A stretch of DNA of 64,000 nt from Carpediemonas membranifera BICM. Lineage: Eukaryota; Protista; Fornicata. Position numbers and translations under genes: made by a program. Position 1 is the first letter of the stretch. Each line of letters opens with the position of its first letter. The notes beneath the pieces are model-generated. The model saw nothing but the letters and a program-made list of their open reading frames with translations, was not told the origin of the DNA and searched no databases. Where the stretch lies: positions 154,885-218,884 of the forward strand of contig JAHDYR010000022.1 in assembly GCA_019828565.1 (NCBI GenBank). Direction: 5' to 3'. This document shows positions 21,800 through 32,015 of this stretch, piece by piece.

Positions 21800-23629
21800 A
21801 TGCAACGTCGTGAGAAACGAACCAAACCATCAACAACAAGCAAGAGATCTTTTGTAGGAGCTCTAGGTACCGATTTACGTCTTGACGGGCGCTTCATTAC
21901 TGCGGCGCGGAAGAACTATGTCCGTTCAGACGTTCACGCCATCAGTAGAGAGCAATGCGAGCGACTTTCAAGTGCAATGAAGACCAATGGAAAGCTTCTG
22001 ACAGAAATTACGCTGAATGCACGGCTTGGTGTCAGTCTCTTCAACAAGGAAGAGGAAAGGCCCTCTCGTCTGCGCCCTTCGGCCACCACCACCCCAGAGA
22101 TTCACCAGCCACGGCTCAGCAGTGCCCTAGTGCAGCCCATCTCCCATCTAATAGCGACCTCACCGCGGCTGCACGTTTTCCGGCTGTATGGAGTGCCGCT
22201 CACGCCAAAGAGCCTGGGCAGGCTCGTGAAGGCGCTGGCGAAGACAAAGGCGCTGAAGACACTGGCGCTGGTGGACTGCGGTATCAGCTCTGCCACGGCA
22301 TCAGCGATTTTCACGGCGCTCGCCTCAGTCAGCACGGTCGAGGAGGTCGACCTTTCTCACAACCCTGGTATTGACGACACCGCCGTTGCCGCAGCAGCAC
22401 ACTGGATCACACAGCATGCCGAACGAAGGGACATGGACTGCTTTAACATGGCGCTGCACACCTCAGAGGCCGTGGCGGACCAGCGCCACAAGGTGCACGG
22501 CCCCACCACCCTGGCATTGTCTCACTGTGCTCTCACTGACGATGGCGTGGGGTTGCTGGCGTGCAGTTTAACCCGCGATGAGTACATGACGCATGTGGAT
22601 GTTAGCGGCCACAAGATGGTCGGCACTGCTGGCGCCAAGGCCGTCAAGGCGTGCCTCGCTGAGAACCGCACGCTAGTCCAGTTCGACATCACCTCTTGCC
22701 CTGTCTACGACTCGTCTACTTTGACGAGCATTGATCGCATGCTGGCCAGGAACAGACGGGTTTCCTCAAAGCGGGATAAGGCTGTTGAGCGGCGCCTGAA
22801 GATAGAAGCGGGCAAGGACCTCGCGACCAGGCCCCCTCGGCCGCAGACTACCAAGCCCCGAAGCCGTTCGATACCGCGAATCAGACCGAAAACTGCACCC
22901 TCGTCAGATCGTGTAGTGAGGCCCACGACAAGGAGAATACGCCGCCGGAGATCGAGTGCTGGCCAAGAGTCGGCGAACGCCAATCCGCCAGCCGACATCG
23001 GACTTCGTAGCCAGAGCCAGGGCCGCCAGACGCGCGTGACACATAACTCCCCAGACACAACGGCAGAGATGAAACGGAAGCTTGCTGCTGAAGCCCGTGC
23101 CCACAAGTTGACTCTAGCTGAGCTGGTTCGCCAGAAGGTTGCAGTGGGAGACCTACAGATGCAAGTTCTAGAGCTGACAGCTCAGAGAAACACCCTGGCC
23201 AGCAGGGTTGGGGAGAGTCTGGTCGAGCCGTCCTCCGTCCTGGGCCAGTCGGTCATCGGATCCGATAGGATACTGGACACCCCCGCTGGACACAAGGCAG
23301 TTGAGGCGCTGACATCGGCTGTTGAGAAGGTCAGGTCAATGTTGGAGACACCATCTCGGGTCACTGCGGGGCATGACAGCACAGCAGCCCCAGTTTCACC
23401 CAAGGGAGGCGACAGGGGACCAGTGTCGCCGTTGGGCATGCGACACCAGGCTCCGGCTCGGCCGACTGACGCTAGTGTTGGAGCTGGCACTGACATAACT
23501 GCGCTGTCAGAATTCTCCGATATTGAGGGGTCGCAGGTCGGGTCTGTGCAGGACTTCTACACCTCCTTGCTGGAAGCGGGGTCTGGTCGGGATCTCGTGA
23601 GAGAGGTGAACAGGCGGACAAGCAGATGA
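21800..23629 (+). CDS. RNI-like leucine-rich-repeat protein with a C-terminal coiled coil (CEP78-like architecture)
   Basis: LRR units LKTLALVDCGI, EEVDLSHNPGI, TLALSHCALTDDG, ENRTLVQFDI. Confidence 0.8.
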   Translation: MQRREKRTKPSTTSKRSFVGALGTDLRLDGRFITAARKNYVRSDVHAISREQCERLSSAMKTNGKLLTEITLNARLGVSLFNKEEERPSRLRPSATTTPEIHQPRLSSALVQPISHLIATSPRLHVFRLYGVPLTPKSLGRLVKALAKTKALKTLALVDCGISSATASAIFTALASVSTVEEVDLSHNPGIDDTAVAAAAHWITQHAERRDMDCFNMALHTSEAVADQRHKVHGPTTLALSHCALTDDGVGLLACSLTRDEYMTHVDVSGHKMVGTAGAKAVKACLAENRTLVQFDITSCPVYDSSTLTSIDRMLARNRRVSSKRDKAVERRLKIEAGKDLATRPPRPQTTKPRSRSIPRIRPKTAPSSDRVVRPTTRRIRRRRSSAGQESANANPPADIGLRSQSQGRQTRVTHNSPDTTAEMKRKLAAEARAHKLTLAELVRQKVAVGDLQMQVLELTAQRNTLASRVGESLVEPSSVLGQSVIGSDRILDTPAGHKAVEALTSAVEKVRSMLETPSRVTAGHDSTAAPVSPKGGDRGPVSPLGMRHQAPARPTDASVGAGTDITALSEFSDIEGSQVGSVQDFYTSLLEAGSGRDLVREVNRRTSR

Positions 23630-23723
23630 ATTGTCACAGTGTCTCGGATCAGAGATAATGTTATTAAATTCTCTTTACAAACTCTGTTGTACAAGTGAGC
23701 TTCAACGCCAACCGCCTCCAGCT

Positions 23724-24443
23724 CTACCAGAGGCTGTGGGTGACCTCGGCGGGGTGGGGCGGCCCATCGTAGCCCTTGGCCTTCCTCCACACGTCAGCCT
23801 CGCCCTCGTTGCCGACATTAATCACTCTGGCAGACATACTAAGTGGCGACCTGACTTGGGCTACCGAGTCTGGGGCTGTCTGGAAAAGGCGCTCAATGGC
23901 AACAACGGCCTGGCGAAACGGGAGCACGCTTGTACGCTTCATCTCATGCAGCGTGGCGTTCAGATCCGGGTTGAGAGGCAACTCGAGTTCCGCAAGCATG
24001 TTAGTAAAGGAGAAAACGTCAATAGTGCCGTTGTCCAGGCTGTGAAGAGCTTCAAGAATCGACGCCTTCTTATCCCGGTCGCTGCTCTTGGGTGCTACAA
24101 CTGGTGTAGTCGGAAGCTGTGACTCCATGAAGTTGTCGGGGACGGCAAGGGCTTTCATCAAGGCATATATGGTCAGACTGCTGTTCGGGGCAGTCCGGTA
24201 GATAAGCTCTTCCGCAGTGGACGTAACACGGACTCCAGCTTTGCGCAAACGATCGATAAATTGATGTTCATTGATCTGGCACGTGTCTAAAAGCTCAAAC
24301 TGCTCGCATATGACGCCTCTGCGGCTCTGGATGTTCTTCTCCTGATCCCGTTCGGCATATTGGTATTGTGTGATGAATTCAGAAGTTTCTACGTTAATAG
24401 GAGCTGTAGAAGGCCGCGGGTTGTCGTAAATTGGTTCTACCAT
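23724..24443 (-). CDS. Hypothetical protein with degenerate EF-hand-like repeats
   Basis: FELLDTCQINEHQF and LDNGTIDVFSF. The first plausible ATG is 24443; the ORF-track extension runs over the tRNA. Confidence 0.65.
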   Translation of the reverse strand: MVEPIYDNPRPSTAPINVETSEFITQYQYAERDQEKNIQSRRGVICEQFELLDTCQINEHQFIDRLRKAGVRVTSTAEELIYRTAPNSSLTIYALMKALAVPDNFMESQLPTTPVVAPKSSDRDKKASILEALHSLDNGTIDVFSFTNMLAELELPLNPDLNATLHEMKRTSVLPFRQAVVAIERLFQTAPDSVAQVRSPLSMSARVINVGNEGEADVWRKAKGYDGPPHPAEVTHSLW

Positions 24444-24488
24444 TGTCCGCTGCAAGAAAAAATTGTCGAGGCACTCGGAAACAAAATC

Positions 24489-24559
24489 TGCATCAGCCGG
24501 GATTCGAACCCGGGTCCACACGATGGCAACGTGCGATGATACCCCTACACCACTGATGC
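24489..24559 (-). tRNA. tRNA-Gly(GCC)
   Basis: Reverse complement is GCATCAGTGGTGTAGGGGTATCATCGCACGTTGCCATCGTGTGGACCCGGGTTCGAATCCCGGCTGATGCA: 7-bp acceptor stem, GCC anticodon, GGTTCGAATCC B-box, downstream TTTT. Confidence 0.97.
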
Positions 24560-24751
24560 TTGCATACCGTCGTAGACGCGATGCGTAAGTACGCCTCGGG
24601 GCGTGGTACAGGCCCAGATGGACTACCGGCCATCTGGTACAAATATTCGAGAGAGATCGAATATTGCCAAATATTCGAATCAAATCTACGGTCCAGTTCA
24701 GACCAATTTTACCAAGGGGTTAAAACCCCATTCCCCGGTAGTTCCGAGAAG

Positions 24752-25270
24752 ATGGGCGACGCACAGCCCCCCGTGACACTGGAGAGCCTGGAGGCCCTGG
24801 TGCGGTCACAGGCTGCTACAATAGCATCACTGAGCGAGAATCTTGACGATGTCCGCACGAATGCTGAGGATGTACGCAAACCCACCAAAATCCCAGCAGT
24901 GCTCAAAGAATTCCAACACCTGCGCGCCCTACACGGAGAAATCAAGTCAATCCTGGCTGACCCCAGCAAGGAGACGATTGCTGACATAACCACAGCCATT
25001 AATCTTGCCGTTGAAAAGCGCCTCGAGTTCCTCCGAGTCCTCGACTCTGCCAACGAAGAAGCGGCCGCCTACTTTATCGTCACCGCCGAGGACATATCCA
25101 ACGTCAAGGACCTCGTCAAGGTCGCCGCCAAGGCCAAGAAGGCCATCCCTGCCACGCGGGCTCACACATCACACCGGTTCGCCAAGCGTCCCTTCCGAAA
25201 CCACGGATACAACAACCACAGATTCCAGAAAGCCTCGGGCAACCGCAATGCGGCCCCGGGGCAGCAGTAG
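24752..25270 (+). CDS. DIRS-1 gag-like ORF
   Basis: Helical ORF with a basic C-tail directly upstream of the DIRS RT. Confidence 0.7.
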   Translation: MGDAQPPVTLESLEALVRSQAATIASLSENLDDVRTNAEDVRKPTKIPAVLKEFQHLRALHGEIKSILADPSKETIADITTAINLAVEKRLEFLRVLDSANEEAAAYFIVTAEDISNVKDLVKVAAKAKKAIPATRAHTSHRFAKRPFRNHGYNNHRFQKASGNRNAAPGQQ

Positions 25271-25801
25271 TTGCCCAAGTGAGGTTATGCCATCCTCAGA
25301 TATAAAAAGGCACCGTCTACGTTTTGAATACAGAGAAGAATGTCACAAGAGCAAGCAAGAAGCGAAACAAGCCAGGACACATGGCACCTATTGTCCGACG
25401 CTCAGCCCGTCTCTGGTCCAGGTCAACGGACACACGTGGTTGGCTCAATGAGTCGAGCGTGGAAAGAGTGGGAGGCCATGGGGGCCAGCACGAGTGTCGT
25501 GGACTTACTCCGGCAGGGAGTCCCAGTACAGGACGGGCAGACGACGAACTCGTCGCCCAACGGGTCACAGGGCCCGATCACAGACACAATCAACGAGCTA
25601 ATGGAGCTGCAAGCAGTGGAGCAGTGTGCACCGACAGAGGTAGCGCAAGTCTGCCCAATCTTCATGACGCTGAAGAAGAACCACATAGACTGGCGCCTCA
25701 TCCACGACCTGAGGCCGGTGAACTGGTACCAGACAACCAGGCGATTCCGACTGAAGGGATTGACCGAGATAGCGAATGCACTGACCAAGGGGGCGTGGCT
25801 C

Positions 25802-25858
25802 TGAGAGCCAGTGCAGTTTATGTAAACAGATCTACCTGCGCAAGCCAACAATGGCACA
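25802..25858 (+). repeat. Putative 57-bp 5' LTR of gypsy C
   Basis: TG...CA, shares GCAGTTTATGTAAA and the GGCACA end with LTR B. No second copy in the window, so the boundary is inferred. Confidence 0.65.
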
Positions 25859-28561
25859 ATATCGATATTCTGCTTCTACAGAATCACACAGTGGTCTATC
25901 CGTGATAGACGTCTCTTCCCTCACAACGGGGTACGAGATCTGGTTACGGGAAGTCGGTAACGTCAAAAGACCCCGTTCTTTCCTCCACGCATTCACGGCA
26001 AAGACCCTCGAGCTTCTACAAGCCACATGGCGGCCCACCTCCACGTTCCCGACCTTCGAGTCGTTCTGGGACTCCCTTATCCCTGACGTGGTCTCGCAGG
26101 CACAACACGCCAAGCAAGAACCTGACAGACACGCCACGTCGTGCCGCGCAAGATACCGCGCGATCATCGACGCTCTGCAGGACGATCTCTTCTTGCTCTG
26201 TGCTGCAGCCGCCAACACCTATAAGGACAGCCCGCTTCTCGACCCGGCGATGCGCCGGATGCAGGCTGTTTACGACCGCGCCGAGGCCGAGCTGAACGAT
26301 AAGCTCGCCAGCCTCTGCACGGCCAGCCACGACCGCCACGAGGCGGACCCGGATGCGACCCTCACCTTCGCGACGCTAACGAACCCCCTGGACGACAAAC
26401 CGGCCCGATCGGCCGCGGATGTCGCGAGAATCGTCAACTCTCTCCCGTCAGCGGCAACGGCCGCCCCCTCCGCCTCCGTGTCCGTGCGTGACCAGCTTCG
26501 CGCCGAGGCCAGGACCATCCTGCCTCACCTGTACCTTACCCTGATGCCAACACTCGACCGCGGTGCACGCCTCAAGGCCATCACAAGCAAGGGCACCCAA
26601 CTGTACGGCCAGAACGCGGCCCACCGCCTTAACACTCTGCGCCTGCAGAAGGCGTGCGACGGGTACAACCCCGTCGTCGAGGCCGATGGCTACCATAAGA
26701 TCCCCGACAGCGCCCTCCGCGCTGCGGTCCGGTCTGTCGCCCTCAAGGGATACGACGACGACGCGATCCCGCTATACGAGGCGCTGATCGAGCGGGATTC
26801 GGACGGCAACTGGCGTCCCGCCCGCGACTGCATAGACGCCCTCTCGACCCTCGAGACCGACCATCTCGGCCAGATCGTCGTCCCCTGGCAGGCCTATGCC
26901 GTGTCGACCAAGACGAAGCCGATCCCGGCCGACAACAAGGCACCGCATGATAACAGTCAGTGCTCGAACAAGGACACCTCTGCTCGCGAGGGCCAGCCGC
27001 TGAAGCCGAAGGCCCACAAGGTCGAAGGCCAGGACCCGTTCAAGCAGTTTAAGGACAAGGAGCATTTCTACATCCCGAAGTCTTTCAATCGCTGGTGTGA
27101 CAGGCATGGCTGGAACTCAAAGCATACAACCAAGGACTGCGGAGCGAACCAACGCGATGGCGCCGTCGGCGAGGTCCAAACGACCTCCATTCCCATACAG
27201 ACAACCGTAACGGTCGCCGGAACCGTCCAACTTCCAGCCAAGCTCGACACTGGCGCAGATGTCTGCGTCATATCCGAGCACCTCGCCCCAAAGATACCAG
27301 GAAACATCCAATGGCGCGAGTCGGACCTCCGCCTGTTCGCCGCGGACGACCGCGTTATCTCCGTGGGCAAGATCGCCACCATGTCCATCACACTCCCTGG
27401 CATGGATGGCAAAACCGTCACGCTCGACTGGGACGTCCACATGATCACAGGCACCAGCGACAGGATGCTGATCGGCAAGGACCTCCTCAGGCACATCGGC
27501 TACGTCCTCAACGACCGCCTACTGATACTCCCGTCCGAGAAGCCGGATGATAAGGACGATCTAGAAGAGCACAACATGATCGACGCCGACGTCTTCGAAG
27601 CGGCGTCAACCTCGGACTCGAAGCATTCGCTCGCCGTCACGATCCCGGACGACCACGGCACCGAGTTCGCCAACAAGGTCCGAAGCATCGTCGAGGAGTT
27701 CGATGAGGTGTTCGACCCGGCTCTCCCGCCCGAAGGCAGCAAACTACAGCCTCACAAGATCGAACTCACACGCGATTTTCACCTCAAGTGCCGTCCTCGA
27801 CAGCTTGTCGGAGAGGCTGGCTCAGCCGCCCTCTCCGAGATCGAGAAGATGAAGAAGCTCGGCATCATACGAGACAGCCAGTCCGAGCACGCCAGCCGCC
27901 ACACGATGGCAACCAAGAAGAACGGCGAACCCCGCTTCTGCGTCGCATTCAACGATCTTAACGACGCCACGAAGGACGACGCCTTTCCCCTCCCCGATCT
28001 GAGGGACCTGCCCCACGAAGCCGGCGGATGCTCTTACTTTGCATCACTCGATCTCCGGTCCGGATACTGGCAGCAGCTGATGGAGCCGGCCAGCATCCCC
28101 CTTACCTCGTTCGTAGTCCCCGGGCACCAATTCGAGTTCCTCAGGGTCCCGTTTGGACTTAAGAACGCCCCCTCCAAGTTTCAACGAGCGATGGAGGCCG
28201 TGCTAGATGGCATCCCCGGCCACCGGGTCTACGTGGATGACATATTCCTCTACGCACGGACCGAAGAAGGATTCCTCAACACCCTGAGACTCACCCTCCA
28301 GAGAGCCAAGGACAACCGCCTGCGCCTCCGTGCGGACAAATGTACCATCGGCGCCGCCGAAGTGGAGGTCTGCGGATTCATCATCAACAGCTCCGGCCGC
28401 TCGGTGAGCCCAGGCCGCGTCGCCGCGCTGAAGGAGCTGCCCGCCCCCACCACCGTCACAGAGCTCAGACGCACGATGGGCAAGTTTAACCACCTCGCAA
28501 ACTACCTCCCGCAACTCAGCTCAGCCACAGCCCCCCTCAACGCCCTCCTCAAGGGGTCACT
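25802..28561 (+). mobile_element. Ty3/gypsy element C, 3'-truncated (5' LTR, gag-PR-RT)
   Basis: ORF 25851-28577 has a C-x2-H-x5-H-x4-C knuckle, LDTGA protease, VPFGLKNAP and YVDD; it stops in the RT connection region. Confidence 0.9.
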
Positions 28562-30039
28562 GCCAGCGTGGACCTGAAGAGCGGATATTACCAAGTCCTG
28601 GTCGAACAGACGGGTCGGAAATGGCTAGGCTTCCAGCACGAAGGGAACACGTACCGCTGGAACGCGCTTCCTTTCGGCCTCAACACGGCCCCGGAAGCAT
28701 TTCAATCGATCACGGCGCAGGCGGCGAAGATCATCCGCCGAGAGCTCTCTCTCACAGTGTTCGTCTACCTAGACGACCTGTTGTTCGCCGACCCATCACA
28801 GCAAGAGCTAGCACGAAAGATGCCCGAAGTCCTGAAGATAATGGAGCGGCTAGGAATGATAATCTCGAGAAACAAGTGCGTTCTTACACCGACACGACGA
28901 ATCGAGTACCTGGGAATAGTTATCGATACGCGCAAGAACACAATGTCTCTTCCGAACGACAAGCGCGTGGAGCTGAGAAGAATGATCGATCAGGTGCTCA
29001 AAGAACGAAGAACAACGAAGATAGAACTCCAGCGACTCATTGGCAAACTCCTTTTCGCCAGATTCGCAGTAGGAGCAAGAACGCTTCCTCGACTGAGAGA
29101 ACTCCAGTTAATGGTGACTGCGCCGAGTCAGCGATTTACGAGAGCCTCCATGCCCCGAGACGCCCGCACAGACCTCAGATGGTGGGCGCGTGTGATCGCG
29201 ACAGACCCGCAGTACGCAATGCAGGGGTCACCGCGACCGGAGATCAGGGTCGAGACAGACGCCTCGGACGTAGCTTACGGCGCGACAATATGGACAGACA
29301 GCGAGAGGATGGAGATCCAGGGCCGGTTCAAGCAGTCATTCATACACAAGTCGATCAACTGCAAAGAGACGAGGGCCATAACCACGGCGCTGCGACACTG
29401 GGCACATGTGATCCGAGACAGAGATGTCCTGATCGCGGGAGACAACACCTCGTCACTCGCGTGGGTTGCGAAGAGTTCGACGAAGGCCCCAGCCCACATT
29501 CGCCGGGAGATCGCCGACCTACACGACTTCCTGCATGCCAACGGTTGCCGCTTGAGAGTCAAACATATCGCAGGTGTATTCAACACAACGGCCGATGCTC
29601 TGTCGAGGTACAAGAAGCTCGATTGGGCCATGCCAGCAGCCCTGCTGGCAGCTGCGATAGAGAGGTGGGGGAGCAGTGGACCGAGCGCTGTTCGCGGCCG
29701 AAAGGTTCTTACCCCAGGACTACGACTACTGCAGAGACGCGTTCACAGCGAACTGGACAGAGTGCCGGTCAATGGCGGTCCCCCGGTGGCCATGCTCGAC
29801 CGAGTGGCCGAACGACTGGAGGCAATCGTAGACCAACGAGAAGAGAGACATCCCAGTCAACAACAGTCAGGAATCCTAGTTATCGCCCCAGTCAGGCAGA
29901 CGAACATCGACTTGCGCCTTATCCGAGTCGCACAGGAGACAGTCAACGCATCGCTACCAGCCCACTGGTGGGCAGACACGGAGTTGGCGGTACTGTTCGA
30001 GGGCAAGACACACATTCCCTTCAGGGCGTACTGGGTCCC

Positions 30040-31244
30040 GGTGATGACGTCAGCCTCGGAATCTTCCTATCAGCATCAGCAGTGCAAGCGCGACACCGAG
30101 CACTAAGAGCCGCAGGCGTGACACCCGACAGAACCAGAACGCAGATAATATGGTCCCGGGCTAGCCGTCCTAAGAACGAGGACGTCGAGAGAAAGGTCGC
30201 GTCCAGCCCGCTCCTGCTCCGCCTCGAGAAGGTGACGCGTGATCGAATTGCAACAGAGACCGCAAAGTTCACATTCTTCCGCAACATGACCAGAGAACCA
30301 GATGACTCGGACTTCGAGGCCTACCTCGGACAAAATGACGACCCGGCACCAACCCCACGGGAAGCTGCATGGGAGATCGTACGACAAGCCCACGAGAAAA
30401 TCCATGACCAGAAGTGGGTGCAAGAGTTCGAGGAGGTGGCAATCGCGGGGGATGATGACGACACACTGCTATGGTACATGATAGGGGAGGTGCCCTTCCT
30501 CGCCAAAGACTCACTGCTAACGAAGGAGGCAAACATCAGAGATGGAATGACCGCATGGGCGAACCCATAGAATGCCCACCACTCCACCGGGCCCTGATCA
30601 AGGCCTGTGGCAGATTGGCTGGAAGGTGCCCAACGTCAAGCCAGCGTCGAACAGGGAAAGCATGGCCAATAGCCAGGGAGACCCTGTCACAGGCCGCGGT
30701 GCAAGCAGGCAAGAGCGCCACACCAGCATTGACTCAAGCAATAGCTTTCGGGCTGGTCGGGTTCGCGACAATATCTCGGTCGGGGGAGATACGGGGGCTC
30801 TCAACATCAGACGTCGAACGACACGGCAGGGACATCACCATCACCATACGACGCTCCAAGACATCGGATGAACCCATGCTAAAGCTGGTCCCTAACGTCC
30901 CCGGAGACGACAACCCGGCAGACTGGCTTGCGAGACATATGGAAAACCTCCCAGATGAAGGACCCCTGTGGCGCTCATTCGAGGCCAGGGACGCGCTGAT
31001 CAAGGACAACAGGTCCTCCCTGATGAACAGAGACCACCCTTGGAGAAGATGGGAGATGTCCATGGACCTAGAGGAGGTGCTGCGCGCGTCGGGCCACTCA
31101 TTCCGGAGAGGAGGCGCAGTCCACATGATGAAGCTAGGTGTAGCCCCAGCAGTGATCCAAGCAATCGGGGGCTGGAAACAGCTCGACTCGATGCAGACCT
31201 ACGTCAGTGAAGCCGTGCGCCTCTCCACGAGCGCTTGGGTGTAG
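30040..31244 (+). CDS. DIRS-1 tyrosine recombinase (frameshift near 30565; start approximate)
   Basis: Catalytic set R (SRSGEI), K (RSKT), HxxR (GHSFRRGG), W (GGW), Y (MQTY). Confidence 0.88.
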
Positions 31245-31933
31245 AAGGACGAGAAAGACGGATAATACATAGAATATGATTGCATAAGGCCCCATTAGAC
31301 TGTACAATAGGCCATGTAAGAGTTAAAGATATGATAGAGAGCAGAAGAGAAGGCGGGAGAAAGGAGAAACCGCAGCAGATTGTCACTAATGGTTAATAAG
31401 ATCGATATATCGAAGACTATCGAAGAATTGGCCGGAGAGAGTGAGAAAATGCCGGCGATGGAAATGGCCAAAACCGCGCACAAAGAATGACTATCAGGCT
31501 GTGAAAATATGTGCCTGAGAGATGGGCATCAATGGCATGCTGGGAGGCACAGGAGACCAGAGAAATAATTTCTGAAGAGAAAATTTTTATTATATGATGG
31601 CGGGATACATCAATTGGAGACTTCGACCGTAGTCGACTGTAAGTCGGCGAGACGTCAGCTCCGGCGTGAGATAATGGAGCATGGGCGATGGATCTGCCTG
31701 ATTCGATTTATTCGAGCCGAACGAATCGGGATCGAATCAATTACGGCCAGATGGCTGAAGAAACCGAGAACAACACCGGGGACCGCACGCCTGAAGCAGA
31801 GAAGATCCCAGATCCGCAGAAGCGCATCAACGAACTAACAGGCGAGTTATTGACGCTTCGAGATTTAATGTCGCTGGAGTGGCGCCACCCGGACTCACTA
31901 GCCAAGCGTAACGAGTCAGAATGGCTGCAGATG

Positions 31934-32015
31934 TGTCGGTTGAAATCATTTACAGTAAACCGCAGCGGGGTAAAAGTGGTCAAAACTGGACGGAGCAGTT
32001 TATAGACCGGTGACA
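31934..32015 (-). repeat. 3' LTR of gypsy A1 (82 bp)
   Basis: Identical by eye to 36208-36289; TGTC...GACA ends. Confidence 0.96.

Larger units (their letters stand above)
25340..30106 (+). pseudogene. DIRS-1 RT-RNaseH-MT, split (25340-25801 joined to 28562-30106)
   Basis: Joining gives ...TKGAWL|ASVDLKSGYYQ, the same spacing as GDMMMSLDLHAGY in DIRS-2. Confidence 0.88.
24600..31400 (+). mobile_element. DIRS-type tyrosine-recombinase retrotransposon 1 (gag, RT-RNaseH-MT, YR), interrupted by gypsy C; ends approximate
   Basis: Gag-like ORF, split RT (WRLIHDLRPVN / DLKSGYYQ, LPFGL, YLDD), RNase H TDAS, MT-like tail, overlapping ORF ending in a tyrosine recombinase. Confidence 0.9.

Noticed and set aside
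24444-24751. ORF-track N-terminal extensions of 23724-24683 and 24560-25270
   Set aside because: They run over the tRNA gene or the element leader from non-ATG starts; better ATGs are at 24443 and 24752.
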